DNA from: Tubiluchus corallicola
Taxonomy: Eukaryota > Animalia > Priapulida
Direction: 5' to 3'
Length of the DNA: 64,000 bases
Assembly (NCBI GenBank): GCA_030141605.1
Contig: JAQGDQ010000734.1
Location: 41,540 to 105,539, forward strand
Shown: one piece after another, positions 54,901 to 64,000 of the stretch
How positions within the stretch are numbered: the stretch's first letter is position 1
How the letters are laid out: each line of letters begins with the position of its first letter
Translations under genes and position numbers: made by a program
The notes under the pieces: model-generated
Told to the model about the DNA's origin: nothing
Seen by the model: the letters and a program-made list of their open reading frames with translations, nothing else
The model's database searches: none

Positions 54901-55362
54901 TGAAGTGACGTGATCAGAACTAGATGTTGCAGTCGTACCAACAGATAAAGGCTCTGGTGCATCCACTTCCTCTGTAGTTGGTGCAGCACTAATTGACCCC
55001 TCGCCATTGACCGGTTCCAAAATTTCTTCTCGAGGGACATAAAAGGTCGAGTTAGCCAGAGCGTATCCAGGAATTTTCACGTCTTCCAATGCAGCTTCCC
55101 CTTTTTGCTTGTTTCTTTTGCCCTTTTTTCCAAGAATATTGTGCAGCAATTTCCCTTTGTACTGATGCGTAACATGAGCATTCCCTTCTGCAATTTCTCC
55201 TGGTTGCAAATTTCTGGCTGAATCTTCCAAAGAAACGCCTCCATTTCCATGTACGTGAGGTGAAAGCGATGAGTCTTCATTCTCAGTTTTACTATTTCCA
55301 CCACCATTGTTAGTAGTAAGTTGCTGAACAACGTGAGATTCCGTGGGAGAAGCAGGAGAAGC
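51922..55362 (-). CDS. NISCH: Nischarin last coding exon (3441 nt)
   Basis: ttttag acceptor, phase 0, in frame with the 1102-aa ORF; PH-like modules. Confidence 0.88.
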   Translation of the reverse strand, partial: ASPASPTESHVVQQLTTNNGGGNSKTENEDSSLSPHVHGNGGVSLEDSARNLQPGEIAEGNAHVTHQYKGKLLHNILGKKGKRNKQKGEAALEDVKIPGYALANSTFYVPREEILEPVNGEGSISAAPTTEEVDAPEPLSVGTTATSSSDHVTSSSKEEFLPVQIVAAGNPRFVGYIKSIVSAATVQSADPFLSSILNPRSRLHQTEQILYIGWCICMSLLKRDAEVPACVVVTSEKLCVFQVEDIPLEEGQIPRLDTWYVLQLENVQRIVVGPYRLSVRFEQAFQNESGVFTVLTCDAEKCDEILEAYEKAYRLKQRMADIPGLPDIVYPSDVYEKYLKSVLNRIECLPDKDAVTVVHYLHGRIRAPQCHKLGRIFAVVLSSSYFYVIVEDVFTFPPPLFLSEQEELKCDQFQCLFALESGSIQSISKFDERYFCYYVYGIRVIFNACLDSQLEKNTNTTINNLSNFELQNNDVAKVNYVKATCTNSIIDSGKTVEKDSAKMSPQSLDICLTSEETRDSLIFEMCRCREQKRMLLSSAQRKVLQAPHFLDLARMSSSGSQDSVDEERRAYFTTGGSSISETSTMQDVFERTSATPESQEYADDSLKVLDSHPSNEIIDAVEKDGTFQGCNSKSDDTFNSDHNDKQVECSDVNAEEFVNDLVASPDKSILVNDRQLDESISQKQNVDYSKPHETDVTNVFEGVVEAPSNADDDKRGEHFRILLREATVDSDIAASVVESPRQRVRASDLSQSLSTPLSLALNYPCDALIEHLSACNNMAADNLDLPSEMLYVAFLSGREVVKYFHEHIAASESREELRHITWANILLYTTPELIEHAAFVMMSTRTIYFMYLQRPDVTDDETVTTITKDGVVVKSLPLRNLKEVYVGLAEHKFRLTGKCGLQTVTCVTRNANTTQLFVDKLSTCLSGMLRTPSPETPERANSETDFYTAYFPTSARSTSDFIHPSKVKFIYQNDEALEEIQFLISETVTAVGLKTNQWDVTVVSTFAVHQILEVAHARTLVVTNSYCATCVEDHVHYPIPDFARDVPRHFRFDDFIVHQLDTCRGVTIHPESREIVIIFVDETFVVDVTKEHYAASDQATESVKSPRKLTYRFRFQNQFDRDDFVKVMRLRYRECTGGLQLSIQMD

Positions 55363-58300
55363 CTAAAATAAACAAAATATGATGGTACAGGAATCACCAT
55401 TTCCATATGATTTATATAAGAATACATAGACACATGACTATTACACAAATACCTACCTAAATTAATACCAATGAAGGCCATTACACTTTTCCTCAATAGG
55501 TGCACACTGGGACGGTGATGCAGTGCACTGGGATCGATGGTGCACACTGGGACGGCGATGCAGTGCCCTGGGAGGCAGTGGTGCACACTGGGACGGCGAT
55601 GCAGTGCCTGGGACGGCGATGCAGTGCACACTGGGACGGCGATGCAGTGCCGCTGGGACAGTGGTGCACACTGGGACGGCGATGCAGTGCACTGATGGTG
55701 ATGCAGTGGGACGGCGTGCAGTGCACACTGGGACGGCGATGCAGTGCACGCTGGGATGGCAATGCAGTGCACACTGGGACGGCGATGCAGTGCCGCTGGG
55801 ACGGCAGTGCAGTGCACGCTGGGACGGCGGTGCAGTGCACACTGGGACGGCGATGCAGTGCCACTGGGAGCCAGCAGTGCACACTGGGACGGCGATGCAG
55901 TGCTGCACCGGGACGGCGTGCAGTGCACACTGGGACGGCGATGCAGTGCACCTGACGGCGATCAGTGCACACTGGGACGGCGATGCAGTGCACACTGGGA
56001 CGGCGATGCAGTGCACACTGGGACGGCGATGCAGTGCACACTGGGACGGCGATGCAGTGCACACTGGGACGGCGATGCAGTGCACACTGGGACGGCGATG
56101 CAGTGCACACTGGGACGGCGATGCAGTGCACACTGGGATGGCGGTGCAGTGCTGTTTTACTAGTTGGCACGAATATTCTGAATTATCATGAACATTCTTT
56201 TCCAATTGCATAAGGTTTTCAAACAGGTAAACATAATGCTAAGTAATTTAACTTTGTAAGTTCTTCGGGATATACTTAAAATTTCCCTTTCTTTCTTTTA
56301 AAAATTTACTTTGATTATTAAATATTTTAAAACAACAAATACGATAGGCAACCAATATTAATATTTGTTTGATTCAATGATGCATCCAACATTACATGTT
56401 AAACAAATGGATGGCCCATGGACAAGTTTACACATGTTTTGAAATTATTTTCACAGTTTGTTATGTGGACACGCAGTTACAGAACTATCTGTAGGTGAAA
56501 CGGGGGCAACACCTGACTTTTTATTATAATACAACACGTGTGTAGTGTGTTAAACTAACATGTTATTCTTATCCGAAAGCAGCTAGCAAAATAGCAGCAG
56601 CAATGTACGTAAAATGAAATGACTGAAGCAAACATTAACACCAAACACTGTTATGATTACACTGCATAAGCTTTAAGCATAAGTAACATTGTTAGCTTAA
56701 CATTTGACCTTTTCACTATCGTCATCAATTGCTGGACCTGTGAACGGGCTTATTGTGCAAAAGTGTTAGGCAGTTGTGCAAAACACAAAAAAAACAACAA
56801 CACAAAACCAAAACAACTGAGAAAGAGCTAAAGTGAGCTGAACTGAGACAAGCAAATAGCGCAGAAGCGAGCTGAACTGAGACAAGCAAACAGCGCAGAA
56901 GTGACCTGAACTGAGACAAGCAAATAGCGCAGAATTGACCTGAGACAAGCAAATAGCGCAGAAGTGAGCTGAACTGAGACAAGAAAATAGCGCAGAAGTG
57001 ACCTGAACTGAGACAGGCAAATAGCGCAGAAGTGACCTGAGACAAGCAAATAGCGCAGAAGTGACTTGAACTGAGACAGGCAAATAGCGCAGAAGTGACC
57101 TGAACTGAGACAGGCAAATAGCGCAGAAGTGACCTGAGACAGGCAAATAGCGCAGAAGTGACCTGAACTGAGACAGGCAAATAGCGCAGAAGTGACTTGA
57201 ACTGAGACAAGCAAATAGCGCAGAAGTGACTTGACCTGAGACAAGCAAATAGCGCAGAAGTGACCTGAACTGAGACAAGCAAATAGCGCAGAAGTGACCT
57301 GAACTGAGACAAGCAAATAGTGCAGAAGTGACCTGAACTGAGACAAGCAAATAGCGCAGAAGGATGAACTTAAAAGAGGTCCTATTACCTGACTCCGATC
57401 AGCACTGAAACGGTTGAACAATCGTAGCCAGTCTTCCCCAGCTTGCTCTCTCATGTCGTGAACTCGGTGTTCATATGACGTCTGTCTCCTCATCGCTTCT
57501 AACTTTCCTGCACTGCATTCTGCAAATAAGCAATTCTTAAAGGGGTACAAGTTTAGCATGCTTCTTTTATTTGTCACTAGGTGGTGCCGCAAAATTTGCA
57601 GGGTTGCAGCACAACCCGCATTGCACAATCTAATGAAGTTAAGTATCAAATAATAAACTATCAGAGTTTTTACCACACAAACCGTTTGAATGCATTTCCT
57701 TGCCTCATTGTAACGCACCAGAAATCATTTGCATGCATTATCTCAATATATTGTTTCTGGTTTAACATAATCAATTACAGTACACTATGCATATCTTGAA
57801 CTTCTCAGGTATGGAAAATTTCTTCAACTTACACAAGGGTACGAGTTAGAAAATGTATATAAGAAAACAAGATTGAGTCACTCATCAATGTTGGACATAC
57901 CCTGCATCCTACGAAAATGACAAACTGAGCTTTTCGTTAAATATCAAACACTTTTTATGAATAAACAAAAATAAAATGACCGGTCGATCGCCACTGTAGA
58001 CTAAGCAACACGGTTAACAGAATTCGGCAATAATATAGTGATATAGTTACTAAACCATGTTCCTTAAACCAGGTTGTGTTCAGCATTCTGCTAAGGTAAT
58101 ACAAGAAATCTTAGCATTTTTGCAGAATATAGTGATATAGTTACTAAACCATGTTCCTTAAACCAGGTTGTGTTCAGCATTCTGCTAAGGTAATACAAGA
58201 AATCTTAGCATTTTTGCAGAATATAGTGATATAGTTACTAAACCATGTTCCTTAAACCAGGTTGTGTTCAGCAATCTGCTAAGGTAATACAAGAAATCTT

Positions 58301-61300
58301 GGCATTTTTACTAAACCATGTTCATTAAACCAGGTTGTGTTCAGCATTCTGCTAAGGTAATACAAGAAATCTTAGCATTCTTGCGGAAACTAGCAATTAA
58401 AATCGTAATGTGGTGCACACTTTCGAGTAGGATTTCTCGCTTCAGAGGCTGTTCCAGATACACGCGGTAATTTCAGTCACATTCTTATAAATTGTGTTAC
58501 GTGATAATGTGAGTAACAGATTTTTAGTTACGCGATGTTTGGTAAAGAGAAAAACGAAAAGGAAAATCCATTTCAGGAGATCCATTTGAGATATGAATAC
58601 GAATACGAGCACGAATTTGAATTATAACGGGTCGAGTTATAAGGAGTTTCCTGTATTTCTTTTTGCCAATTTGTTGCACCATAAGTCAGCTTATTTGTTT
58701 CATACTTAAATATTTGATAGCAAAGCAGGAATGCCTACAATAATTTTATCTTCACACATATTTATTTATCTCCATTTTATTTTTTGTCACTCCATTAAAT
58801 TTTGACTTAATTCTTGTTACTCCAACTCAGACCTCTCCTTTTCTTACACCCTATTTCTTCGTATTTTTATCTACAGTAAGTCCTCGCTTAACAACTCCCC
58901 ATTTAACGATGCCGATCATTTGACACCTTTTCCCGCTTAACGATGCACGTTTCACTTTAACGACGATTTTTTTTTACTTTGTTCAAGGCAAATTTTTATT
59001 TGATTAACAAAATTTTTACCTAATTTGATACATCAGAACAGCACCTATTGCGTCATTCTGTTCTAGAAACACACTAGTTATTTAAACAGTGTAATTATTA
59101 TACATGTTTTTCGTTCCCGACTGACTACTGACGCTACTACTGTATTACTAGCGGTTTGTATAAAGTATCAAGTGACCAGCGAGCAATTTTGCCTGCAACC
59201 TGTTGCTGTAGCAAAAGGAAGACTAAGTATGTAGGTGAAATTCCCAAGGCCGTCCCAGGGGATGACTCTGCAGTGCTTACTGTTCAAAACGTTAATGAAA
59301 GAGAAACAGCTATAGCTAGGTACTGCTAAGTAAAATATGTAGGTGGTTTCAGGCAAACAGGTAGACATTAATATACATAATATGCATAGAATGTTTAACT
59401 TATGATTTAAGCAGTATTGATTTTTGATTCAGGAGTGTATCTTACTTCTATTACATGACTTTCTACGGAAATCTTTGCTCTGTTCTACGTTTTGCTTAAC
59501 GTCACAGTTTGTTGGAATGCATTAGCGTCGTTAAGCAAGACCTTACTGTAAATCAGGGGTGTGAAAATTGCGGCCGGCGGGCCACTTGCGGTCCGCCGAG
59601 AGAATTTGTGCGGCCCGCGAAGAGATTTGTCAACCTAATGAAAGTGCGGCCCGGCCGATTAATTGAGTGTATCCAGCTGAAGTCCGTGCCACGATCCCAA
59701 AGATAGTGTGGGTAGTTTTTTCTACTAGATCGGATGCCATTAACCCTTACAAGACGGTTGTAGCTTAATGTCACTGTACTACACAGACTGTGTGATACAC
59801 ATTACTAATATCCATCGTAATGAAATTACCACTATCTGTCCTGAAAGTAGAAATATATGGTGTGTAATATAAATTTTAACAACTTCTAAAATAGTTTCTT
59901 GAGTGTAGTAGTAATGATGTACGCAGGTCGGATGCAAAAAAAAATCGTTATTAGGCCTTTCTGTACTTGGCTCCTTGATCAAACTGTCTGTGGCCCACAG
60001 GAATTGCGAGAAAGTTTAATGTGGCCCGGCTAATCAGATAATTTGCACACACCCCTGCTGTAAATCATAAGCACAATACCCAGACTTATAAAATCACAAT
60101 CAGGGAATGAAATGCTGAAACAAAACTGGCATTTTTGCATCTTTGCAAAACTTAAGATAACTAAGAAGCCTTGCCTCTATGCCACAGTTTGCTATTTAAC
60201 TGTGCCATCTTCATAGAACCACTAGCATTTCCAAAGATCGTACTAATCTATAGAGCTGGTCGATACATACGTGCGTGTCTATACCTGTGCTCTCATCAGC
60301 AACAACAGCTTCATCACCCCCGCCACTAGATGTCAGCACTTGCGTAGCCTCTTGTATTGGTACCTCATGTATGGGCTGCCATTAATAAGTGAAAAAAATA
60401 TAGGCAGGGCAAATCATTAGTCTTTAAATTGTTGAAAAAAATAGCATAGCATTGTTAACATAGAAAAGGTAGTTTTCACTTTTACAAAAATATTGTTACA
60501 ATAAGCCATTGCCTGCTAGCTATTTGTGGATAGTAATGGAAAACTTTTGCATATGAAACCATAAATAATTGCAACAGAGATTTAAGTAAGTGGTGCTAAC
60601 AAGTCATGGATATAGCACTGTCTAGCAATGGCTGAAATTATCAGTGCAATGTTTACCCATCTCGGGAGAAGATTTATAATAATGAATCTTGCCTGCCTAG
60701 TGTCTGTAAGAAATGCAATGGGAACTTAATCCTATGGAACTGAAAACCCCACAAGACAAATTCCAGAACTTTCGAGGAATATTTTACGTGTGTCAACAGA
60801 TTCTCATTCAGTGTCCATGTTACTCTACTATTTTCATCTACTACATGACATCCAACTAAACAAAAACATTAGCAGATTATTTAACACATCTCAATGTTTC
60901 CAAAAATGACTAAGTGAGACAATTAGTGTCAAGCTATGCAAATGGAATGTACCTTTTTTGAAGATGAAGTCTTCCTAGTTTTGTTATCTTTTGCTTTCTG
61001 TATGGCTTGCAAAATGGATGCTGTGTCTAACTCTTTCTGAGAAGCTTTCACGTGGTCGAGACAAGCCTGAAATGCACAAACACAATCTTTGCCAATGTAT
61101 TTTCCATCGTTACAACCATGTGCCATTGTGCCATAGGGGCCATCCATATATATCAAGTTTAGGATAGGTATGTGGCATGTGATGTGTAATAATGCCATTA
61201 TAATGCAAGGCAGGGAGGTGATTTAGTCATCATATCGCTATCTGACTTCAAGCTGTTTGCACTTCAATGTCAAAAAAGCAGCACATTGAGTCACCGGTGG

Positions 61301-63483
61301 CGGAGGGGGGGTCTGAGGCAATTAAATGAAAAACCAACTCGTCCATTACATCTGGCACCGATGCAGAACGAGGAATGGCTGGTTGTTATCAGCCGTGATG
61401 CGGAGGAACCCGCAAACTGGGTCGATGAGTTCACTGAATCTGGGCTGGCACTGCCTCTGCCGCCGATGCTAGTGGAATCCACTCCTAGTTCCCGTTAATT
61501 AGCACAAGCGACGTTATTGCCTGACCTTGAGAGAAGGAAGAGTGCAAAAAGCTACATCAGTGTGTTAGCAATATCCATATATGGGGTAGGTAGGTGGAGG
61601 AGCAAATGATAACTCATTAATGCAAGATAGGTAGGTCCTTGATATTGGCCTAAAACCTTATATATCATTATATATGGATGACCCCTAAGTTATGGAAAAA
61701 AACATCATTTGCTGGGATACAAAAAATTATACAAACTGCAGCAAAAAACTAACAACTGACATATAAAACTTTTAAGACTTAGGCATAGTATTTAAGCGAG
61801 CATTGTCAGACAGCAGCCTGCCATATCCCATACAACATACACTTGTGTTAGTTTGCCAGCCCTTGCTTTGATGGATATAGGAAAATTCCGTAAAAATCTG
61901 GTCCGTTAAAAGTCCCACATAATATAGATGTAGTCTGTTATTTTGCAGTTAGCAGGCTATCACTTTGTTTATAATATGTAAATCAGGGTACCATGTGTAT
62001 GTCTCTATGTATAAAAACAAAGAGGAAATAATGCAGAGATATTTGAGTCAATTGCCGATGATTGCAGAAAGTACGGACAATCGGCAAATTCGGACCGACA
62101 TCTACCTGCTTTTGTCTGGCAAACAGAGATACGAGTTTATATATAAATTACTAAGGTATCTCTGACCGTAAATATTTTAAATACAATAGATACAGCAGAT
62201 TTCTCTTTTTGCAACTTGACTGAATTAAACGAAATTTGAACGTTTATTATGGAGGATAAATGATAAACCAATAATTTTATGGCATTTTTAAAGTTAATAA
62301 TTAAGTTAAAGTTAAGAGAACACAAACTCTGCTGCAAAAATTAGTTAGCGAGACGGATTAGGATTAGGGTTAGGGTCAATGTTAGGGTATTTAAATTGTG
62401 TTGGAGCTATAATCTCCTTTCCAGATTCATTAAGTAGAAAATACTACAAATACGGCTGCCTTACTTCTTGTAGTCTCTCGTTGAACAAAGCCAAAACTCT
62501 AGTCCGGTAATCAGGAAGATTACAGACAGGATTTCCTGTTAAACGGAGATTCTCCAAACAAGGCAGCTGACAAACACAAGTTAGTTCTTGCATCTGAAAT
62601 CAAACATTACCTTAGTAAGAAAACTTACATAGCAAAAGTTTAGTGCATAATTAAACTACGATGTAAAAGAGAAATTCGCTTGGCTGACAAAGATGCGCGG
62701 TACCGTGATAAGCATGTTCAATGAGCTGCACTTGTGATGTAAAGTTCATCTGTGACGTAAAGTTCATTTGTGACGTAAAGTTCATTTATGACGTAAAGTT
62801 CATCTGTGACGTAAAGTTCATCTGTGATGTAAAGTTCATCTGTGACGTAAAGTTCATCTGTGATGTAAAGTTCATTTGTGACGGAAAGTTCATTTTCGTG
62901 ACATCATTTCAACACCCTCTAGCAATCTTCGATTATGCAAACATGCTTGACACGTAAGGAAGATGAGTACCATTGTACAAACTGGTTAGTTTGTGATGTA
63001 AGCAACTACCATTAATTAACTTTGCAAGGTATTTATTCAAATATTAAAAACAATTTATAGGCAAGAAAATGTATATCTGGTACAGTAAATTAAAATGAGT
63101 CTAATCAATTATCCCGTCTTCCCTTAATAAAGAAGACAAATACATAAACACATCCCTAAAACAAAAGAACAGCACATCCCTAAAACAAAAGAACAGCTGA
63201 TCCCTAAAACAAAAGAACAGCAAATTACCTTCTCAATGCAGTTCTCACTCAGATCTAAATTCACCAGGGAATACAATTTACGGAAACCCGAGAGAGTCAC
63301 GATTTTATTTGCGGTAAGGATTAGCGTGCGTATGTTGCCAAGGCGAGTGTGCAACGAATCCAGTTCGTAGAAAGAATTATGGGACAGATCCACATGGATG
63401 AGAGAAGAGAGATGCTCCAGGTGATCCAGTTGTTCCAGGGCATTATGGCTCAAGTTTAAAATTTCCAGGTTTGGCAGAAGCGT
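51922..63483 (-). CDS. NISCH: Nischarin (5'-partial, gene span, 6 exons in window)
   Basis: LHTRLGNIRTL...KLYSLVNLDL, LPCLE...PDYRTRVL, KELDTASILQAIQKAK closely resemble the vertebrate nischarin LRR region; PX domain expected upstream of the window. Confidence 0.9.
55499..56152. repeat. GC-rich 23-bp minisatellite, about 28 copies
   Basis: Unit gtgcacactgggacggcgatgca; produces spurious ORFs on both strands. Confidence 0.94.
56814..57362. repeat. 34/29-bp minisatellite, about 17 copies
   Basis: Unit gaactgagacaagcaaatagcgcagaagtgacct. Confidence 0.94.
57389..57519 (-). CDS. NISCH: Nischarin exon
   Basis: YEHRVHDMREQAGEDWLRLFN; phase 1 in, phase 0 out. Confidence 0.85.
58032..58380. repeat. 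94-bp tandem repeat, about 3.7 copies
   Basis: Unit begins aatatagtgatatagttactaaaccatgttcc. Confidence 0.9.
58874..59548. mobile_element. pogo/Tigger-like MITE (675 bp)
   Basis: TA flanks; TIR cagtaagtcctcgcttaac vs right end (rc) cagtaaggtcttgcttaac. Confidence 0.8.
59554..60057. mobile_element. hAT (Charlie-like) non-autonomous element (504 bp)
   Basis: 8-bp TSD ctgtaaat; TIR caggggtgtg; subterminal gcggccc repeats. Confidence 0.88.
60285..60375 (-). CDS. NISCH: Nischarin exon (linker)
   Basis: PIHEVPIQEATQVLTSSGGGDEAVVADEST; supplies the phase 0-to-1 shift needed between its neighbours. Confidence 0.75.
60953..61066 (-). CDS. NISCH: Nischarin exon
   Basis: ACLDHVKASQKELDTASILQAIQKAK. 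Confidence 0.9.
62465..62593 (-). CDS. NISCH: Nischarin exon (LRR cap)
   Basis: LPCLENLRLTGNPVCNLPDYRTRVLALF. Confidence 0.92.
62753..62895. repeat. 18-bp tandem repeat, 8 copies
   Basis: Unit tgtgacgtaaagttcatc. Confidence 0.92.
63229..63483 (-). CDS. NISCH: Nischarin exon (LRRs)
   Basis: LPNLEILNLSHNAL...LDLSENCIEK; 255 nt, phase 0-0. Confidence 0.92.
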
Positions 63484-63759
63484 CTGTGACATAGACACAA
63501 AACCGTTTAATTAGTCACCATGTTGCATATCATAAACATAGTTACACTTATGGTAACATTTTGTACACTTTTTTGCATTAGGCCTTTATGAAGTGACACA
63601 TAAACAGTAAACACTTTACAATTTTTGTTTAAACTGCAAAGGTAATTGGTTCAGTTCAAGTATAACTTCATTTTTTTCTACTAAATTTGAGTATCAAAAA
63701 TTTTACAATAATCGTAAGTTCCATGAATCCGACAACTTAAAAAATTCTTTTAGTTTTTT

Positions 63760-64000
63760 TGTTATGTGTTATGTATGTATGTATGATGTTTGGTGTTATG
63801 TATGTATAATGTTATGTGTTATGTATGTATGTATAATGTTATGTGCTATGTATGTATGATGTTATCTGTTATGTATGTATGATGTTATGATGTATGATGT
63901 TATGTGTTATGTATGTATAAAGTTATGTGTTATGTAAGTATGATGTTATCTGTTATGTATGTATGATGTTATGTGTTATGTATGTATGATGTTATCTGTT
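63760..64000. repeat. (TATG/TGTTA)n low-complexity microsatellite
   Basis: Direct inspection. Confidence 0.9.

Noticed and set aside
55077-57718. Multiple Cys/His-rich ORFs on both strands
   Set aside because: Translations of the 23-bp and 34-bp minisatellites; only 57389-57519 and sequence from 55362 down are real exons
61286-61520. GC-richer island with short ORFs in a nischarin intron
   Set aside because: Candidate acceptors lead to stops or the wrong phase, and the flanking exons already join in frame; may be regulatory but unsupported

Overview
AT-rich, intron-rich animal genomic DNA, probably invertebrate (a lophotrochozoan origin is my inference), not prokaryotic. All exon boundaries were read by hand and checked for GT-AG and phase continuity. 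Four genes are present. (1) + strand, 5'-partial L1CAM/neuroglian-family cell adhesion molecule, 577..34679, 21 exons (Ig3-Ig6, five FnIII, TM, FIGQY ankyrin-binding motif, C-terminal STFV). (2) - strand, complete 9-exon mitochondrial tRNA 2-thiouridylase TRMU/MnmA, 46001..37733, about 375 aa. (3) + strand, intronless LRRC63-like ORF, 49630..51345. (4) - strand, 5'-partial nischarin, 63483..51922, with a 3.4-kb last coding exon. Introns hold many minisatellites, which explain most long ORF-track hits, plus non-autonomous DNA transposons with clear TIRs/TSDs (pogo/Tigger-, piggyBac-, hAT- and Merlin-like) and LINE/SINE remnants. Most notable: (a) a 2.3-kb phase-compatible mucin-like ORF inside the L1CAM intron after FnIII-2, a candidate giant alternative exon; (b) a 42-nt juxtamembrane cassette exon with a roughly 190-nt AG-free zone; (c) two independent Merlin-like MITE insertions 98 bp apart in the TRMU/LRRC63 divergent intergenic region, each carrying promoter-like motifs and a consensus splice donor.
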